DNA of 64,000 bases from the human T2T-CHM13v2.0 reference genome, Homo sapiens (GCF_009914755.1 NC_060930.1), one strand, 5' to 3'. Shown: positions 1 through 16,645, numbered from the stretch's first letter. The notes: generated by a model not told the origin, from the sequence alone. Numbers and translations are program-made.

Positions 1-3000
1 TGAATAAAGAACTCTTATGTTGTCTGCTGTGTTTTTCTCCTCTTTCCTATCTTTATTTTTTCCTGATTCTCCTCTTTCAACCCCCCTTTTTTTTCTGAAA
101 TGGAGATACTGATGAGGACCCTGAATTTTGCCAGTAAAGTTACAAGATGGTTACTCAAATAAGTTCTCCTGTTAAAACTCCTACCACTGTGTGAATTTAT
201 TCTAAAACATTTTAAGACATGATTGTTTTAAGATTTGCTTAAACACCACCAAATAGACTGATATGTTACTTCAGCTTAGCAGGGCTTTTGGGTTTGGAGG
301 TAGCTCCTAGCTCCTCTGTGCAGGGAAAAGAGGAGGAGTTTGGGGCATCAGATTCAAAATCTCCCAAGCTGATTAGATGGGTGCAGACTGGCACACTCCT
401 TTACTTGGAGTTGGCAAGTGCCCTTCAGATGACCATGGACCAAAGAGCTATTACCTTTCCCATCTTCTTCCAGTAAGTACACACTAGTCTCCAAAGGAAG
501 TGTAATTTGTCCTTTGACTGATTTCTTTCTAAGTGTCCTGAACAAGAGCAGAGTTTGAGTGTCTGGAATTAAGTCCTGGTAGAACATAGGTTCTCCTGTG
601 GTCAGTCTTCCTTCAGAGGATGACTCAGGTGGATGCCCCTGCCTTCCATGATGCTAGCCTTCTCCTGACAATCCTTCTCATAGCCCCTCCCATGCAATCC
701 TCTTTAACCCTTCACTATTCAGTGTTTCCGCCATCTCTCTCTGGACACACCCAACTCGCCAGAGTCTTTGCTCAGTCCCATGTGTAGTTCCAGTCTAGTC
801 TTCAGGTAGCTTGACTGGATGTCAGCAGAGCTTTGTCTGCTCTAACAGGTGCTGTTTCCTCATGGCTGGAGGGGACTTCTGGTCGTAGGAAAGACGAGTT
901 TGAGATAATGGAAGGTTCTCTTGTTGAAACTTGGCCCAATAACAGAACTGTGGTCTCATTTTTTTCTAGAAATTTTGGACACAAATAGTATGGTGACCAT
1001 GATAACTGATTTTTTCTTTCAAAAGTTTCCCAAGTTTAGTTTACATAAGAAATGCTTACTCAGTGTTTACGCGCCCCTCTTTACTCCTATTGTTAAAAAA
1101 CTATTCTTTGTGATTTTTTATGAAAGTGAAAAATTTGGCCGTATTATGTACAAAAGCATGATTCCCTTTTTTTTCATGCACCCCTTAGCCTCCCATCTCA
1201 ATGAAGCACACATTAATTGACAATGCTTTTGCATTTCTGACAAATGGCATCTTGTTTCCAAATTTCTCATTAGTCCTCAAGCTTCATCCTTTTAGCACAG
1301 AAAGGGATTTTAGTGCTTCTTTCCAAATGAGAAATTATGAGACACAGATTCCTTAGACAGTATGGCCAAGGATGCTGTCAAGTCCTTGATGTATTGGAGT
1401 TTTTTAATATCCTTGCCATAAGGGGATGGAGTAGGGATATACCCATTTGAAGTCTTGGTTATCAGTTTCTACCTTGCCTAAGGTGGATTTATGGTTTGGG
1501 GATTCAAAATCAGGACCAAGTCTTGAATTAAGTTCAGGGCTTGGAGGGAAGCTGTCATGATGTTTAGTGTGATCCAGACATCAGCCAGAATTGTTCTCAT
1601 GGTACAAATTCCCTCAAAGTAGAATTTGATGAATTTCACCGGACATAAACAGTGCATTGTAATATATTCACATAAACAGGTGAATGCTCTCAGAACACTT
1701 TAAAAATGATAAAAACCTACCTTACCTTACAAATCTCGAGAGGTATGTGTAATGATGATCATTTAGGAAGTTAGAAAAAAAGACAGACTAACAGGAAAGA
1801 ATAAGTCATAAGTATAGAGAGCATCTTGGGAAGGGTGACAAAGGAGCTGGCCACACAGGCAGTGAGTGAAAAAATATGGCATTGAGTGTATGTATTATAA
1901 AATAGGTTATCTTTGTAACTATGTATAAAGCCTACAGAATCTTTGCATAATTTAGTTTCCTTTTTGGTTGATGTTTTAAAATCGATCTTTTAAACAAAAA
2001 GTGATGTAGATAATTTTACATTTTTTCTAATTTTCCCAACTGGCTATGTATGATGATTGTATTGTGAGTGAGTCATTGTATTTAACTGAAAGCATCTCTG
2101 GTATTAAAATTTCATTCTTGTTTCCTAAGAAATCTTAGTCAAAACAACAGTAACATATTCTCACAAAGGATAGTCTATAAACTGATGAAGTACATTATTC
2201 ATATGCCACAGTGTAATAATCACAAGACCATTACATTTCATAGAATACTATGCCCAGTGACAATACCTGTGATGATGAGATAATAGCAGCCATGAGCACT
2301 CCAGGGAGGAAGGGGGATGAATCATTGAACAGGCATTATTATCATTAATAATAAACTCTGTGAATAAGGTAACATGGTTTTCATCACTACTGCTATTGCA
2401 CAGATTGTAGATTTGTTTTCAAAGTTTAAATTGATGACTACATAAAACTAAGAACAGTGCCAACAGAAGTAATGTTTGTAAGTTAATCCATTACAAAAGC
2501 CTGGAAAACCAGTCTTTGCTAATTGCTCCAATGCATGGCCTGGATATTGACATTTAGTGGGTAACTGCTGAAATGAAATAACAATATTTTCCAAACAGTG
2601 ATTTGGAGCCTGAATTGATTCCTGCACACCCACTTGGAGATGCATTCGGCCGGGGGTAGCAGATGGGTGAAGATGGTGGTTGCCTTCCACCTCCGATATC
2701 CTATCCAAATCTTAACTTCCTTTGAGTTATATTTCAAGATTTTCCTTCTCCAGGAAGCTTTCCTTGGCTCCTAGACCCTATGCGCTCAGTTCCCACAATG
2801 CTTATTATTTGGACCTTTCCTTTCAACACTTAGACACAGACTGCCTGATATTGATGGCCCTTTTCACAAAGATTATGTTTCTTGAAGTCAGAGGCTATGC
2901 ATTACGGTATTTTTTAATTTTCCAGTGTACACAGCATTATATACAGGGCAGGCACTCAAAAATTTGGTGAATTGTATGCAAATGATATAATTACAGCATA

Positions 3001-4169
3001 TTCAACCTTATGATACCACTTAATTCAAGTCCTAGTTTTCCAGATGAGGAAAATTAAGCCAACAATAGTTAAGTTCTTGCTGAAGATCATATGACTAATA
3101 TATAATTTAAAAATAATCCAAGCACATCATTTGCTTAGGAAATAGGTGTTTCATTCATGTTCTTATTTAACCTATTTGTTTAGTAAATAAACTTGCCTTT
3201 TCACCAGCATTGCAGAATTGTATCTCATCCCTACTACTGCTGGGATCAGTGAGGATTTGATATATTTGCTGCTGTCTTTAGAACTCTGATGCTGTCATTA
3301 ATATGTATCAACACATTTGCAAGTGCTTATACACTTTCTTTTTCAACTTGATGGTTTTAGGCTTCATTGTGAAGTCTCCACCCTTTGTTGCAATTGGAAT
3401 GATTGCATCTCTGCTCACATAGAGCTTTGTTTCTGCCTGGACTTTGTTGCTTTCCACAATTAGACCTGCATTGTGATTTGGTGAATAGATGTTTATCTCC
3501 CCTACTATTCTGGGGCTGTTTGAGGGTGGAGAATCACAGAGTGATCATCTTGGTTTCTCTATAGCACCTAGTCCAGTTCTTTGAATACAATAGAAACTTC
3601 ATAAATGCTGAATAAATTGTTTTGTTCAGTCTAATGTAATGAAATGATAGTTACAAGAGTGTGTTTCTGAAAATCAGGCATTTTTTTCATGAAAATGCTA
3701 ACCAGAGCCTCTTGCCCACTATTTGAAGACGAGAAAGAATATAATACAACCTACCAATTTTTTGTGTGGCATCACAAAACAACCTACCAATTTCCTAAAA
3801 GATAACTAAACCTAGTAAAATGTCTAGGTAGAAGTAACTACCATGTTAGGAATAAAAAGCTTAAACATCACTTTCTAATCACCAGTTAATTAGGCTGTTA
3901 GTAATGACTGTGTATACAGTAACATATACAGTTTTTATGCCACATCATGAATATTATGTTTATGATAAGGCATAGAAATAAACACACATCAATAAAGCTG
4001 TTAGGGAAAAAACAAAAAGTTACAATAAAAAGCTAGTTTCTTGTAATAAATTCTTTGTCATCTACAGCTTGAAAAAAGTTGAGAATGGAGCTGGGGAGAA
4101 GGATTGAAGCAGTGGTTTGTCAAGGGTTATGGAAAGAGGTGGTATGAGGAGTTGCTGTGCCTGGGTGAC

Positions 4170-4517
4170 TGTGTTGGTCCCCTTGGGCTGCTGTAACAGA
4201 ATACCATTGACTGGGTGGCTTATACACAATAGGAATTTATTGCTTACAGTTCTGGAGGCTGACAAGTCCAGATTCAGTGTCTGGTGAAGGCCAGCTTCCC
4301 GGTTCCTAGATATTGCCTTCTCACTGTGTCCTCACATGGTGGAAGTGGGGAGGGCGCTCTCTGGGACCTCTTTTGTAAGAATACTAATCCTACTCATGAG
4401 GTTTCCATCCTTATGGCTGAATCAGCTCCCAAGGTTCGATCTCCTAACACCATCACTTTGGGGGTTAGGATTTCAACCTGTGAATTTTGGGGGGACACAA
4501 ATATTCAGACCACAGCA
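4170..4517 (-). mobile_element. MaLR solo LTR (MLT1A-like)
   Basis: Contains 'gctgctgtaacagaataccattgactgggtggctta...acagttctggaggctg' and ends 'gaattttggggggacacaaatattcagaccacagca', the reverse complement of the MLT1A start. Confidence 0.8.
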
Positions 4518-4982
4518 GCAACAACAAGACAAATTTAGGCAAATTCTCAGAATCAGAGGAACTGATACAGAGGCACCATGTTCCTGAGGCTATTTGAAAA
4601 GCTCCAGAACAGGAGGTTGTGATCAATCTGCAGGGGAGCTGGTTCAGGCTTTAGGATGAAAAAATGCTAAAAGCAAACAACTTTACTTACTTCAAAGAAA
4701 AAGTTTTAAACAGAAATATTGTCATATCACCAATATGTTTCAGCGTAATGTTTGTCACTGCCTCTGCATGACTCATTCTGGTTTGATCGTCTCTTAGGGT
4801 CTACTCTCAGCACCAGTAACAGCTGAGACACTCACAGCACAATTATACTCTTGGTGATGCTGTACTTTGAGTATAACTTAAGACTTCTATCTGCACATCA
4901 TGTTGTTAATGATGTTGTAATGAGTTTTGGTGACATTCACATAAAAATTTTCCTAATCAGTGTTAACAGAAAAACATTGTTT

Positions 4983-4989
4983 TGTGTGT

Positions 4990-5022
<33 letters not shown>
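4983..5022. repeat. (TG)n microsatellite
   Basis: About 20 TG units with one interruption. Confidence 0.95.
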
Positions 5023-5023
<1 letters not shown>

Positions 5024-5944
5024 TGAAAGATACATGTGTTTTGTCAAGTTTGTATATTAAAATCTAAAAGGGAGTTTACTGACACATTGCTCATATGAGA
5101 GATATATGTGAAATAAGAGTGTATTATACATGCAGTCTCAGCTTGCCTTGTTCCATTTCAAGGGGTATATAATTCTTCCAAAGGACTAAAATTCTCACAG
5201 CAAAATCAATTTGAATTAATCAAGTCATTAAAATATTTATTGAGTACATAGAATGTTTATAGCACAGTCAAAAGGATTGTGGAGTGAATCAGGCAAGGAT
5301 TTTGAGATAAGGCCTGTCCAGAATCAGCTCCATCACCTCGTGGGAAATGAGGTGGGGTCCACATAGGAGTGGTGGCTTGTGTCACAGACAGAATAGCTGC
5401 ATCTGGATGGAACTGGAGGCATCTTCTGGGGTAGTGACAGAAATCAAGCATGAGTATGATCAAGTCTGCACTCTTGTTTAAAAGCAAATTCCCTATTTAC
5501 GACTAAAGATATTCTTAGAGGAGTAGGGGAGAGGGTAGTTATTTATGTCTGTGAGTTTGGAATTCAGTAGTAAGTGATGACTTTACACTGAATTATTTGT
5601 CCTCTGCCTCCCAGGCTCTTTAAGGCCTGTAGCAATCCAGGGATAGTGCTTTAGCCTGAGGCTTTAAGATAGAGGAAATCTACAGGCTTGATAGTTATGA
5701 AGTCATCTGTCTTCAGCTCCCCAGAAGAGGGGAGACAGGAGTTGAAAACTATAAACACACCATAATATTTTGACGGGTTAGTTTGAAATCACAGTAACTA
5801 TGAATTCATGCTGGTTGAACACAAATTTGGAGACTTTAATCCTTGTAAGGGACTCTGCCTTAACACCATGTGAACTGGGTAGGTACAGATTTTCAGAACA
5901 CAGGAATTAAACAAAACCATAGCTGGCACCTACCATCACTGGTG

Positions 5945-6590
5945 AGTATGTGCAGTTTGCTTCTTAGCATCCATTCCCCCTCCCACATTTTCTCTGGCCA
6001 CCATTCCCCATTCTCAGTCACTGGGTGCATGGCTTTGACCTCACTGCTCTCTCAAGGGATGAGTCTGGACTGTCCATAAATGGATCTCTCTCCTTCAGTC
6101 AGAGTGACTAGATCAGAGATATCATGTCATACCAGTGGACCGAATTAGATGTTAGAAGAAATCTGTTGGGGCAGCCCTGAAGAAGAAGTTCCCTCTTTCT
6201 TCTATAAGGAAGAAAGTCCTCTTTTTCTCTTCTTTGAAAAATGTAGGAAGCAAGGGCCAGAACCAATATGGCGTCTTTTATTGTTACTATTTTTATTTTG
6301 TGTTGATTGGTTCTTGTTTTGGCTTCCACAGAAGGAAACTTGGAGCTTCTAAAGGATGGAGTAGGTGTATTGGGGTGGGACAGAGCAGGCTGGGGTGAAG
6401 CAGACGCTATGGCAGAGTACACAGAGAGACCAGGCCCTTGGTGATATTGAGGGGCTACTAGACTAAGCTTTACCTAAAGCTGGATCCTATGTCTGTGCTT
6501 TTATGTTCAATGAGCCATTATATTTATTTTTTTGTTTAAAACAAGTTGAGTTGGATTTTGCATTTCTTGCAACCAGAAGAATATTGATAT
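5945..6590 (+). mobile_element. Old MaLR LTR (MLT1J/K-like)
   Basis: 3' end 'gagccattatatttattt...gagttggattttgcatttcttgcaaccagaaga' resembles old MLT1 ends; boundaries approximate. Confidence 0.5.
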
Positions 6591-6749
6591 TGCACCTGAT
6601 GTTAAGAAAACAAAATTAGCTCCATCCTGCTAACTCCTAGAGCTGACGTGGCAGGGATTACAAACTGCTTAGGAATGAGTAAGACATGAGAATAAGTGAG
6701 CTATGTTGTTTAATTGCTTCATGACTCATTTCAAGCATTTTAACGTTTA

Positions 6750-8429
<1,680 letters not shown>

Positions 8430-8914
8430 AAGAATATTAAATAACATCGTGGCTTTTTCTTCATTTTTATTTGTCTTTATGACCTGTGACAGAAACAATG
8501 GCATCTAAATACTTTTAAACAGCCTGTGCTTAGAATACTTGAGATAATTGCTCATAGTTTATTCAGGCTTTGGAATTGTGTAAAGCAGACAACCAGAAAG
8601 CCAGGTCACTATTGCTGGTTTCATTTATCATGGACCATTTATAATCAGTCTCATACCTTTTAAATGGAATAACCCCTTTTCCCACATTAACTACATCATC
8701 TAGAAGAATTCTGGACTGGTCATGGTGGAGGATGAAGGAGAGTCCTGACATTGTCATGTTGTAAATGCCTTGGGCATTGGTTTTTCATGACTGTGTGTAT
8801 ACATGCATACACGTGTTCAATATGGGTGTGGGAACAAGGAGGGCCAACTAAATTTGAAGTCAGACATAAAAATTAGCAGAAAATGACAGCAAACAGAGTG
8901 AAGAAAGACATCTT

Positions 8915-9300
8915 ATAGTGGCAGAATGACTTACCTTCTTTGTCAATGCATCTGAAACTGTCTTGGAAAATCCAAATGAATCCACTGAAGAATTTTAAAT
9001 TAATGAGAGTTCGAAAAGCACCTGAATCAAGAGAAATGCACAAAAATCAATACTTCTCTATACCAGTGACAGTTGGTAAGCAATTGTAATGGAAAAAAAT
9101 TCCATCTACTATAACACCTCCAAACCATAACTAGTTATGAACCCACATAAAAAGAGATATGTACGTTCCATATTAAGAAAAGGACAAAAGCTTAAGAAAG
9201 ATACAAAAGAAGATTGGAGTACTTTTTAGCTAGATGGAAGAACTCACTATTTAAAGGTATAAATTCTTCTTAAATTAACCTAACATTAGTATAATTTAAG
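8915..9300 (+). mobile_element. Ancient L1M ORF2 fragment
   Basis: Degenerate A-rich motifs 'ggaaaatccaaatgaatccac' and 'aaaaatcaatacttctctataccag'. Confidence 0.55.
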
Positions 9301-9449
9301 TTCATATAACTTCGTTTCATATTTTCTCCTATAAATTCTTTCTACGATTTTAGGAAGAATTTATAGGAGAAAATAGCTGTTTTAAGAAGGATTATTTTTG
9401 TCTAAATATCAAAGAGTTCTTCTCCTTGCCAAGCCCCAAATTATATAAT

Positions 9450-9954
9450 AGGAGGGAGGGAGAAAGGAAGGGAGGAAAGAAGGGAGTAAGAAAGGAAAGA
9501 AGGAAGGAAGGAAAGGAGGAAAGAAAGAAGGGAAGAAGGGAGGGAGGAAGGAAGAGAGGAAGGGAAGAAGAAAGGAAGAGAGAGGGAGGAAGGAAGAGAG
9601 GAAGGGATTGGGGAAGGGAGGGAGGAAGGAAGACAGGAAAGGAGGGAGGAAGGAAGGGAGAAGGGAAAGAAGGAAGACAGGGAAGAAGGAATGGAGGAAG
9701 GAAGGAAGGGAGGGAGGAAGGGAGGAAGCAAGGGAGGGGGAAGGAAGAGAAGAAGGAAGGAAAGGAGGAAGGAAAGGAGGGAGAAAGGAAGGAAGGGAGG
9801 AAGAAAAGAAAGAGAGGAAGGGAAGGAGGAAAAGAGGGAGGGAGGAAGGAAGGGAAGAAGGAAGGAAGAAAAGGAGGGAAGGAGGGAGGAAGAGAGGGAA
9901 GAAGGGAAGAAGGAAGAGCGAATAGGAGGGAGGGAGGAAGGGAAGAAGGGAGAA
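9450..9954. repeat. ~500-bp purine-rich (GGAA/GGGA/GAAA) low-complexity tract
   Basis: Almost only A and G on the + strand; this accounts for the G/R/K/E-rich and S/F/L/P-rich ORFs here. Confidence 0.97.
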
Positions 9955-9989
9955 TATTCTAGGCTAAGGGAAAAACTAAAGCAAAAGCC

Positions 9990-10600
9990 CAGAGGAAGGA
10001 ATGTGCTCAATATATTTGACTAACAGCATGAAGACCCCCAGGCTTTAGCAGAGTGAGCAAAGGAGTCATGAGTAAATTTAGAAAGGAAGCCAGAGGTCAG
10101 ATTATACAGGACCTCATAGGTCAATGTAAGGACTTGGGTATTGTCACGGGTGTGACTGTGAAAGCAGAAAATGATAAGTGCTGGGGTGAAGCAAGGGCAG
10201 GAGCTGAGACATTAGTTGAGGTGGTGACTTTAATATTTGAGAACACAGAGGATGGTGGCTTAAGCCACAGGGGGAGCTGTAGCAATGTTATAAATGATTC
10301 ATTTCAGAGTAGTTTTGAAGGCAGGGCTGACAGGATTTGTGATAGATTGGATGTGGGTGTGTGAGAAACAGAGCAGTTAACATGACTTCAAGTTTGAGGC
10401 ATGATCAACTAGGGGTTAGTTGTGCCATTTTCCTAGAAAGGAAACTCTGGGAAATGGGCAGGTTTTGGAGAAGGAGAGAAAGCAAGAGTACTGAGCTGGC
10501 CATGTAAAGTCTGACATGCCTATTACATTTCCACATTGAGATATCAAACTGGCAGTTGCAGAGGTCGATTTAGGTTTGGTGAGATCTAAAGCTTTGGACA
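9990..10600 (-). mobile_element. L2 fragment
   Basis: 'gccagaggtcagattatacaggacctcataggtcaatgtaaggacttgg' and 'tgatagattggatgtggg' are typical antisense L2 motifs. Confidence 0.65.
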
Positions 10601-10767
10601 ATGTGAGGTGCTTTATTGAATAAAAGTAATATAAAGTTATAAATGAAAAATAGCACAAAAATATAAATACTTTTCTAGAATAAGAACATAAATCACAACG
10701 AACCTCACATTTTATAAAGCTGACAAATATCAAAATATCACTACATTTAGAAACTATGAAATAGTGT

Positions 10768-11550
10768 CGAAACACGAGGGTTCCCTGATCCCCCTCACAG
10801 GATGTGTGATGGGGTGTGGCTCGCCTCTTCAGTTGCTGCTGCTTAAACCCCTGGTGGGAGGGGGAACACACAGATGGGCGGGTGCAGGAGCCAGGGTGAG
10901 TGCACTGGGCTCCGGTCCTGTGGTAGTGTCTAGGGCTGGGTGCCCGTGGCCCCAGTGTTACAATGCTCTTTTAGCCTTGCCATCTGCAGATGGCTTAAGT
11001 ATTAACCAGCTCAGTGAATTCTCTGCCTTTTCACAAGGGCAGAGGGCTAGCATGACAGCTTTCTGTATCCCAAGCTCTTGCCCAGAGTCCTGGAGGAATC
11101 AGGTCACACACGGGCTTGAAGGATAAATGTGGGATTTTATTTAGTGGTGGAGGTGGCTCTCAGTGGGATGTATGGGGAGCTGGAAGGGGGATGGAGTGGG
11201 AAAACCATCTTCCCCTGGATTCTGGCCATCAAACAGCCAAACTTTTCTCCTACTGTCCATAGCCGAACTCTTCTCAGTGTTCAGATTCTCCTCTTCTCTC
11301 TTTCTCTGCTCCACCATGGCACAGTTAATCTGCCTTCTCCTTGTCTACTCATCTGCTTCTGGAGGCTGGGGTTCAGGATTTCTATGGATACAGGATAGGG
11401 GGTGTGGTGGGCCAAAAGGCAGCTTTTTGGGCATGAAAACAGAAAAGTCTGTTCCCACTTAGGACTGTGGGTCTCCAATCTTGAGGGTGGAGCCTTTGCC
11501 AGAGAACCATCCTCTTCTACCCAGTATTTCCTTGTCTCCTGTCTGTATCA
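10768..11550 (-). mobile_element. ERV1 solo LTR (LTR1 family-like)
   Basis: Minus strand begins tgatacagacaggagacaaggaaatactgggtagaagagg. It is homologous to 24879-25630. No clear TSD. Confidence 0.78.
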
Positions 11551-11929
11551 TTTTCAGTTAATTTTTTCCTCTAGTATGTTCAATTCAATTTCTTAAAAAC
11601 ATTAATGGAGGTCTGGAAGCATAAATCATGCAACTTTATACACAAATACAGAGGAACTTCCTATTTGTAGTACTTCTACAGAGTTTGTCTTAGAAATACA
11701 GGAATTCTGATAAATTCTCATTTGTACAATTTCTATGAGAAAAGAAAAAAGTGTGATACATTTATAGTTACACATACTGCATAATTAAGGATTTTCCTGG
11801 TAAAAGAGAAATTTCATTGAGACCAGACATCAACAAAAACCAACCCTGCACTTAAAATTTTGATAATTGGAAGACTGTTCCATAGACTGCCTGATGGCTT
11901 TATACATGTCTTTCATTGCTTTTTTTTGC

Positions 11930-12570
11930 AGATAATAAAATGCACATATTGTGTATTTGGATGGGTTTTGACCAATGTATACACCCCGTAAACCATTATT
12001 AAAAATAAGATATAGGACATTTGCATCACTCAAAAAACTTCCCTTATGCCACTTTATAGTCAATAACCCCTATAGAAGCAACAATTCCTTTGATTTTTAT
12101 CCCTCTACATTAACTCTTACTGTTCTATAACTTATCAAAGGGATCACACAGTGTGGGATTTGTGTCAGGCTTCTTTTGCTTTTGAGATTCATCCATGTCT
12201 TTTGTGTGTATCAGCAGTTTTCTTTCTTTTTACTGTTGAGTAATTTTCCATTGTGTAAATATGCCATAGTTTATTTTTTCATTCTCCTTTTGATGGCCGT
12301 TTTGATTTTTCCAGTTTTGGGCTATTATGAATAAAGCATCTATATGTGCTTTGTACAAGTACTTTTCTTGATAGAGATTTTCATTTTTCTTAATTAAATT
12401 CCTGGGAGTGGTATTGGTAAAACATAAGGTGGCTGTATTTTTAAATTTACTAGAACCTGCCAAATCATTCTCCAGTGTGGCTGTGCTATTTTCCACTCTC
12501 AGTAGAAATGTATCCGATCCAGTTGTTCAACTGGATGTATTTTTACATTTTAGTCATTCCAGTGGGTGTG
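11930..12570 (-). mobile_element. Old L1 (L1ME/MD-like) 3' region
   Basis: 'gagattcatccatgtc' and 'ttccagttttgggctattatgaataaagc'; ORF 12230-12496 resembles a decayed ORF2 C-terminus. Confidence 0.75.
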
Positions 12571-12579
12571 CTATCTCTA

Positions 12580-13091
12580 CACATTTCAAAAGTTGTTTCT
12601 CCTCCACTACCCAAATATATCTGATGCTAGGTGTCTGTAAAACATGTTATCTGTGGTCTTACCTCCTTATGTAATGATTGGGGGGAGTCAGCACTCAGGA
12701 CATTAGGAGTATTCCTGGAAGTCACTGCTAAATGAAGCTGGCTAGCAATACCTTAACTGTATCTGCAAGTAACTGCAAATGACAAAAATGTATCCAACTA
12801 AACATTAAATTTCTCTCAGTACTAACTCTGTTTTGACAAGGTCATCCTAATGACCCTTGGTCATTCCAACTGTATTCAACAGAAGAGAAAGTATGACAGT
12901 TGAGAAGGAGAAGTGGAAAGTGGAAAGTGATAAGTTTATTAAACAACCACAGGTAAAATATATTACTCTGCACATTTTATAAAAACAGATGACAAGTTGG
13001 ACATATGTCACACAGGCTCTTTAAATGGGCCTGCAAAAGGAAAGGATACTGAAGCTTAAGATTCTTTAGTGTCACAGTTAGGTTGCCACTG
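12580..13091. mobile_element. Possible hAT DNA transposon remnant (MER53/Blackjack-like end)
   Basis: Ends 'tgaagcttaagattctttagtgtcacagttaggttgccactg'; left boundary uncertain. Confidence 0.35.
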
Positions 13092-13176
13092 GAAAATTGA
13101 ATAGGAAGTTTCGAAGAGTGGTCAATCCTGGAGGAAAAACCTCATGAGTTAACTTGGTATTTTAAACATTAGGACT

Positions 13177-13513
<337 letters not shown>

Positions 13514-13521
13514 TTAGGCAA

Positions 13522-13655
13522 TGTTGAAAGCAAAACTTCAGACAAATTAAATTTAACAGAATTTAATTGAGCAAAGAATAATTAATGAACAGGTAGTCCC
13601 CAGAACCTGAATGGGTTCAGAGTGACTCTGGGGCTGCCATGTGGTCAGAAAGACA
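13522..13655. mobile_element. ERV1 LTR fragment (MER57-like)
   Basis: 'tgttgaaagcaaaacttcagacaaattaaatttaacagaatttaattgagcaaag' resembles a MER57-group LTR end. Confidence 0.5.
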
Positions 13656-13935
13656 TTAAAAATGTTCAGCATGTTTGGCCTGGTGATTTCACTTCCAAGA
13701 ATGTCTCCCATGGAAAAAGGTATGTACCTAAAGATGTTCCATGACTTACTTTTTTTATATTAAAGTGGCAAATGGGAAAATAAACACTAACAACTTAGCA
13801 AGGAATAAATAATAAATATAGGGTCATGATGAAGTGACATCCAGCCCTTACAAATTAATCATATTTTTTCTGCACATCATCTATAATTTTTAAATTGAGT
13901 TATAGCATACATCAAGTGTACAAATCTTAAATACA

Positions 13936-14124
13936 ATATTCACTGTATTAAGTGAATATACGATATTCACTGTATTAAGTGAATATACGATAATCACTGT
14001 ATTAAGTGAATATACGATAATCACTGTATTAAGTGAATATACGATATTCACTGTATTAAGTGAATATACGATATTCACTGTATTAAGTGAATATACGATA
14101 TTCACTGTATTAAGTGAATATATG
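13936..14124. repeat. 27-bp minisatellite, 7 copies (atattcactgtattaagtgaatatacg)
   Basis: Units start at 13936, 13963, 13990, 14017, 14044, 14071 and 14098. Units 3 and 4 share a T>A variant. Confidence 0.97.
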
Positions 14125-14204
14125 ATATTCACTTATACTTAATACACAATATTCACTTATACTTAATACAGTGAATATTGTATTTAATTATATATTTCTA
14201 AAAT

Positions 14205-14634
<430 letters not shown>

Positions 14635-15789
14635 TAGACATTGAAAGAGTTATACTTCTTATTTTTAATTCATAAATTATACATCCGATTTGTGCACAAG
14701 TCTTTTGTGAGCTTGCTTTATTATTAATTAATCCTAATACATGGACATATTTGCCATGTGCTGACAAAATCAAGTTGCTGAACTTAAAAGTTACCATCAC
14801 AAACTGGGCCATATTACACTTTTCTGAGTTAGTTGGGCCCTTGTAAAGATACAGCCAGGCCCACTTTTTGGTGTCACTTTGATATTGCCATGAGATTTTC
14901 CTTTCAATATTTACAGTTATTAATATAGGTTTAAGAAGTGTTACCCATGTGACCATTTTTGACATGTTGAGCAGATTAATGAAATGTGCTTTCTAAAAAA
15001 GATAAACTAGTTGACCTTTAACAAAATTTTTTTTCTACATAATGCTTTAAAGTTTTAATTTGATCCAGATAATTGCTTTCTCTTCGTGAGCCCATCCAAC
15101 CTAAATAAAAAATGAAAAGAATCAGCCTCTTCCAAGTCAAATTCAGGTTTATAACTTCACATGTAAAGTGAAGAAAAAAGGCAATGGAAATGACAAGACA
15201 GATTTGGACATGGACTAGATAATCCCTCTCAGATAATAGAACAGATCTTTAATTTGCAGAATTCTTTTTGCTAGAATGATTCCCCTTTAATATTTAAACA
15301 ATCCTATTGAGAGTGATGAGACTCTGTGAACCTGAGTTACATACTCTCATTTGGGCAATTCATTACAATTTCTTCTGTATTCTTTCAAGTAATTGAATCA
15401 ACTTAAAAATTTGCCTTGGTGACCAAGTAAATAAGAAACTGCTTGTTAAGAAAGAGTGATTTAGATTTGATGACTGTGAGTCAGTCTCAAAAGGCACTTC
15501 TATAAAAAGCATAAAGTGAAAGTGTTCAAGCATCCTTCAGGGAATTAACAGCAAAATTGAAAATGGCTTAAGAGGGAATAGAAAGTGCCAGAACTTAGAA
15601 AAAGCCCTACCAGTCACGTAGGAAGCATTAGAAGTAATGTTAGCGGTCAGAGTGAATGGCACCTTATGGAAGATTTGTTCTACAATAATCCCTAAATTCA
15701 GACATTTCAGTCAATTGGTCTCAGTTTAAATTTTATGGAGCAACGTCAGTTGATTTAGGAATTTACGAATAGTTAGATGTGAAGAGCAT

Positions 15790-16645
<856 letters not shown>

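Noticed and set aside
1714-1810. Minus-strand mini-exon (tandem gtaagg donors near 1716-1730, acceptor near 1788)
   Set aside because: Signals are weak and repeat-like, the exon would be very short and T-rich, and there is no supporting evidence.
9450-9954. EWS-FLI1-type GGAA microsatellite enhancer
   Set aside because: Uninterrupted GGAA runs are only a few units long and the tract is heavily degenerate.
9426-10023. Long G/R/K/E-rich and S/F/L/P-rich ORFs
   Set aside because: These are translations of a purine tract that lacks stop codons by composition.
13936-14124. CRISPR-like array of palindromic ~27-bp repeats
   Set aside because: Units are directly adjacent with no unique spacers, there are no cas genes, and the context is primate DNA. 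The periodic ORF (NIVYSLNTV)n is a by-product.
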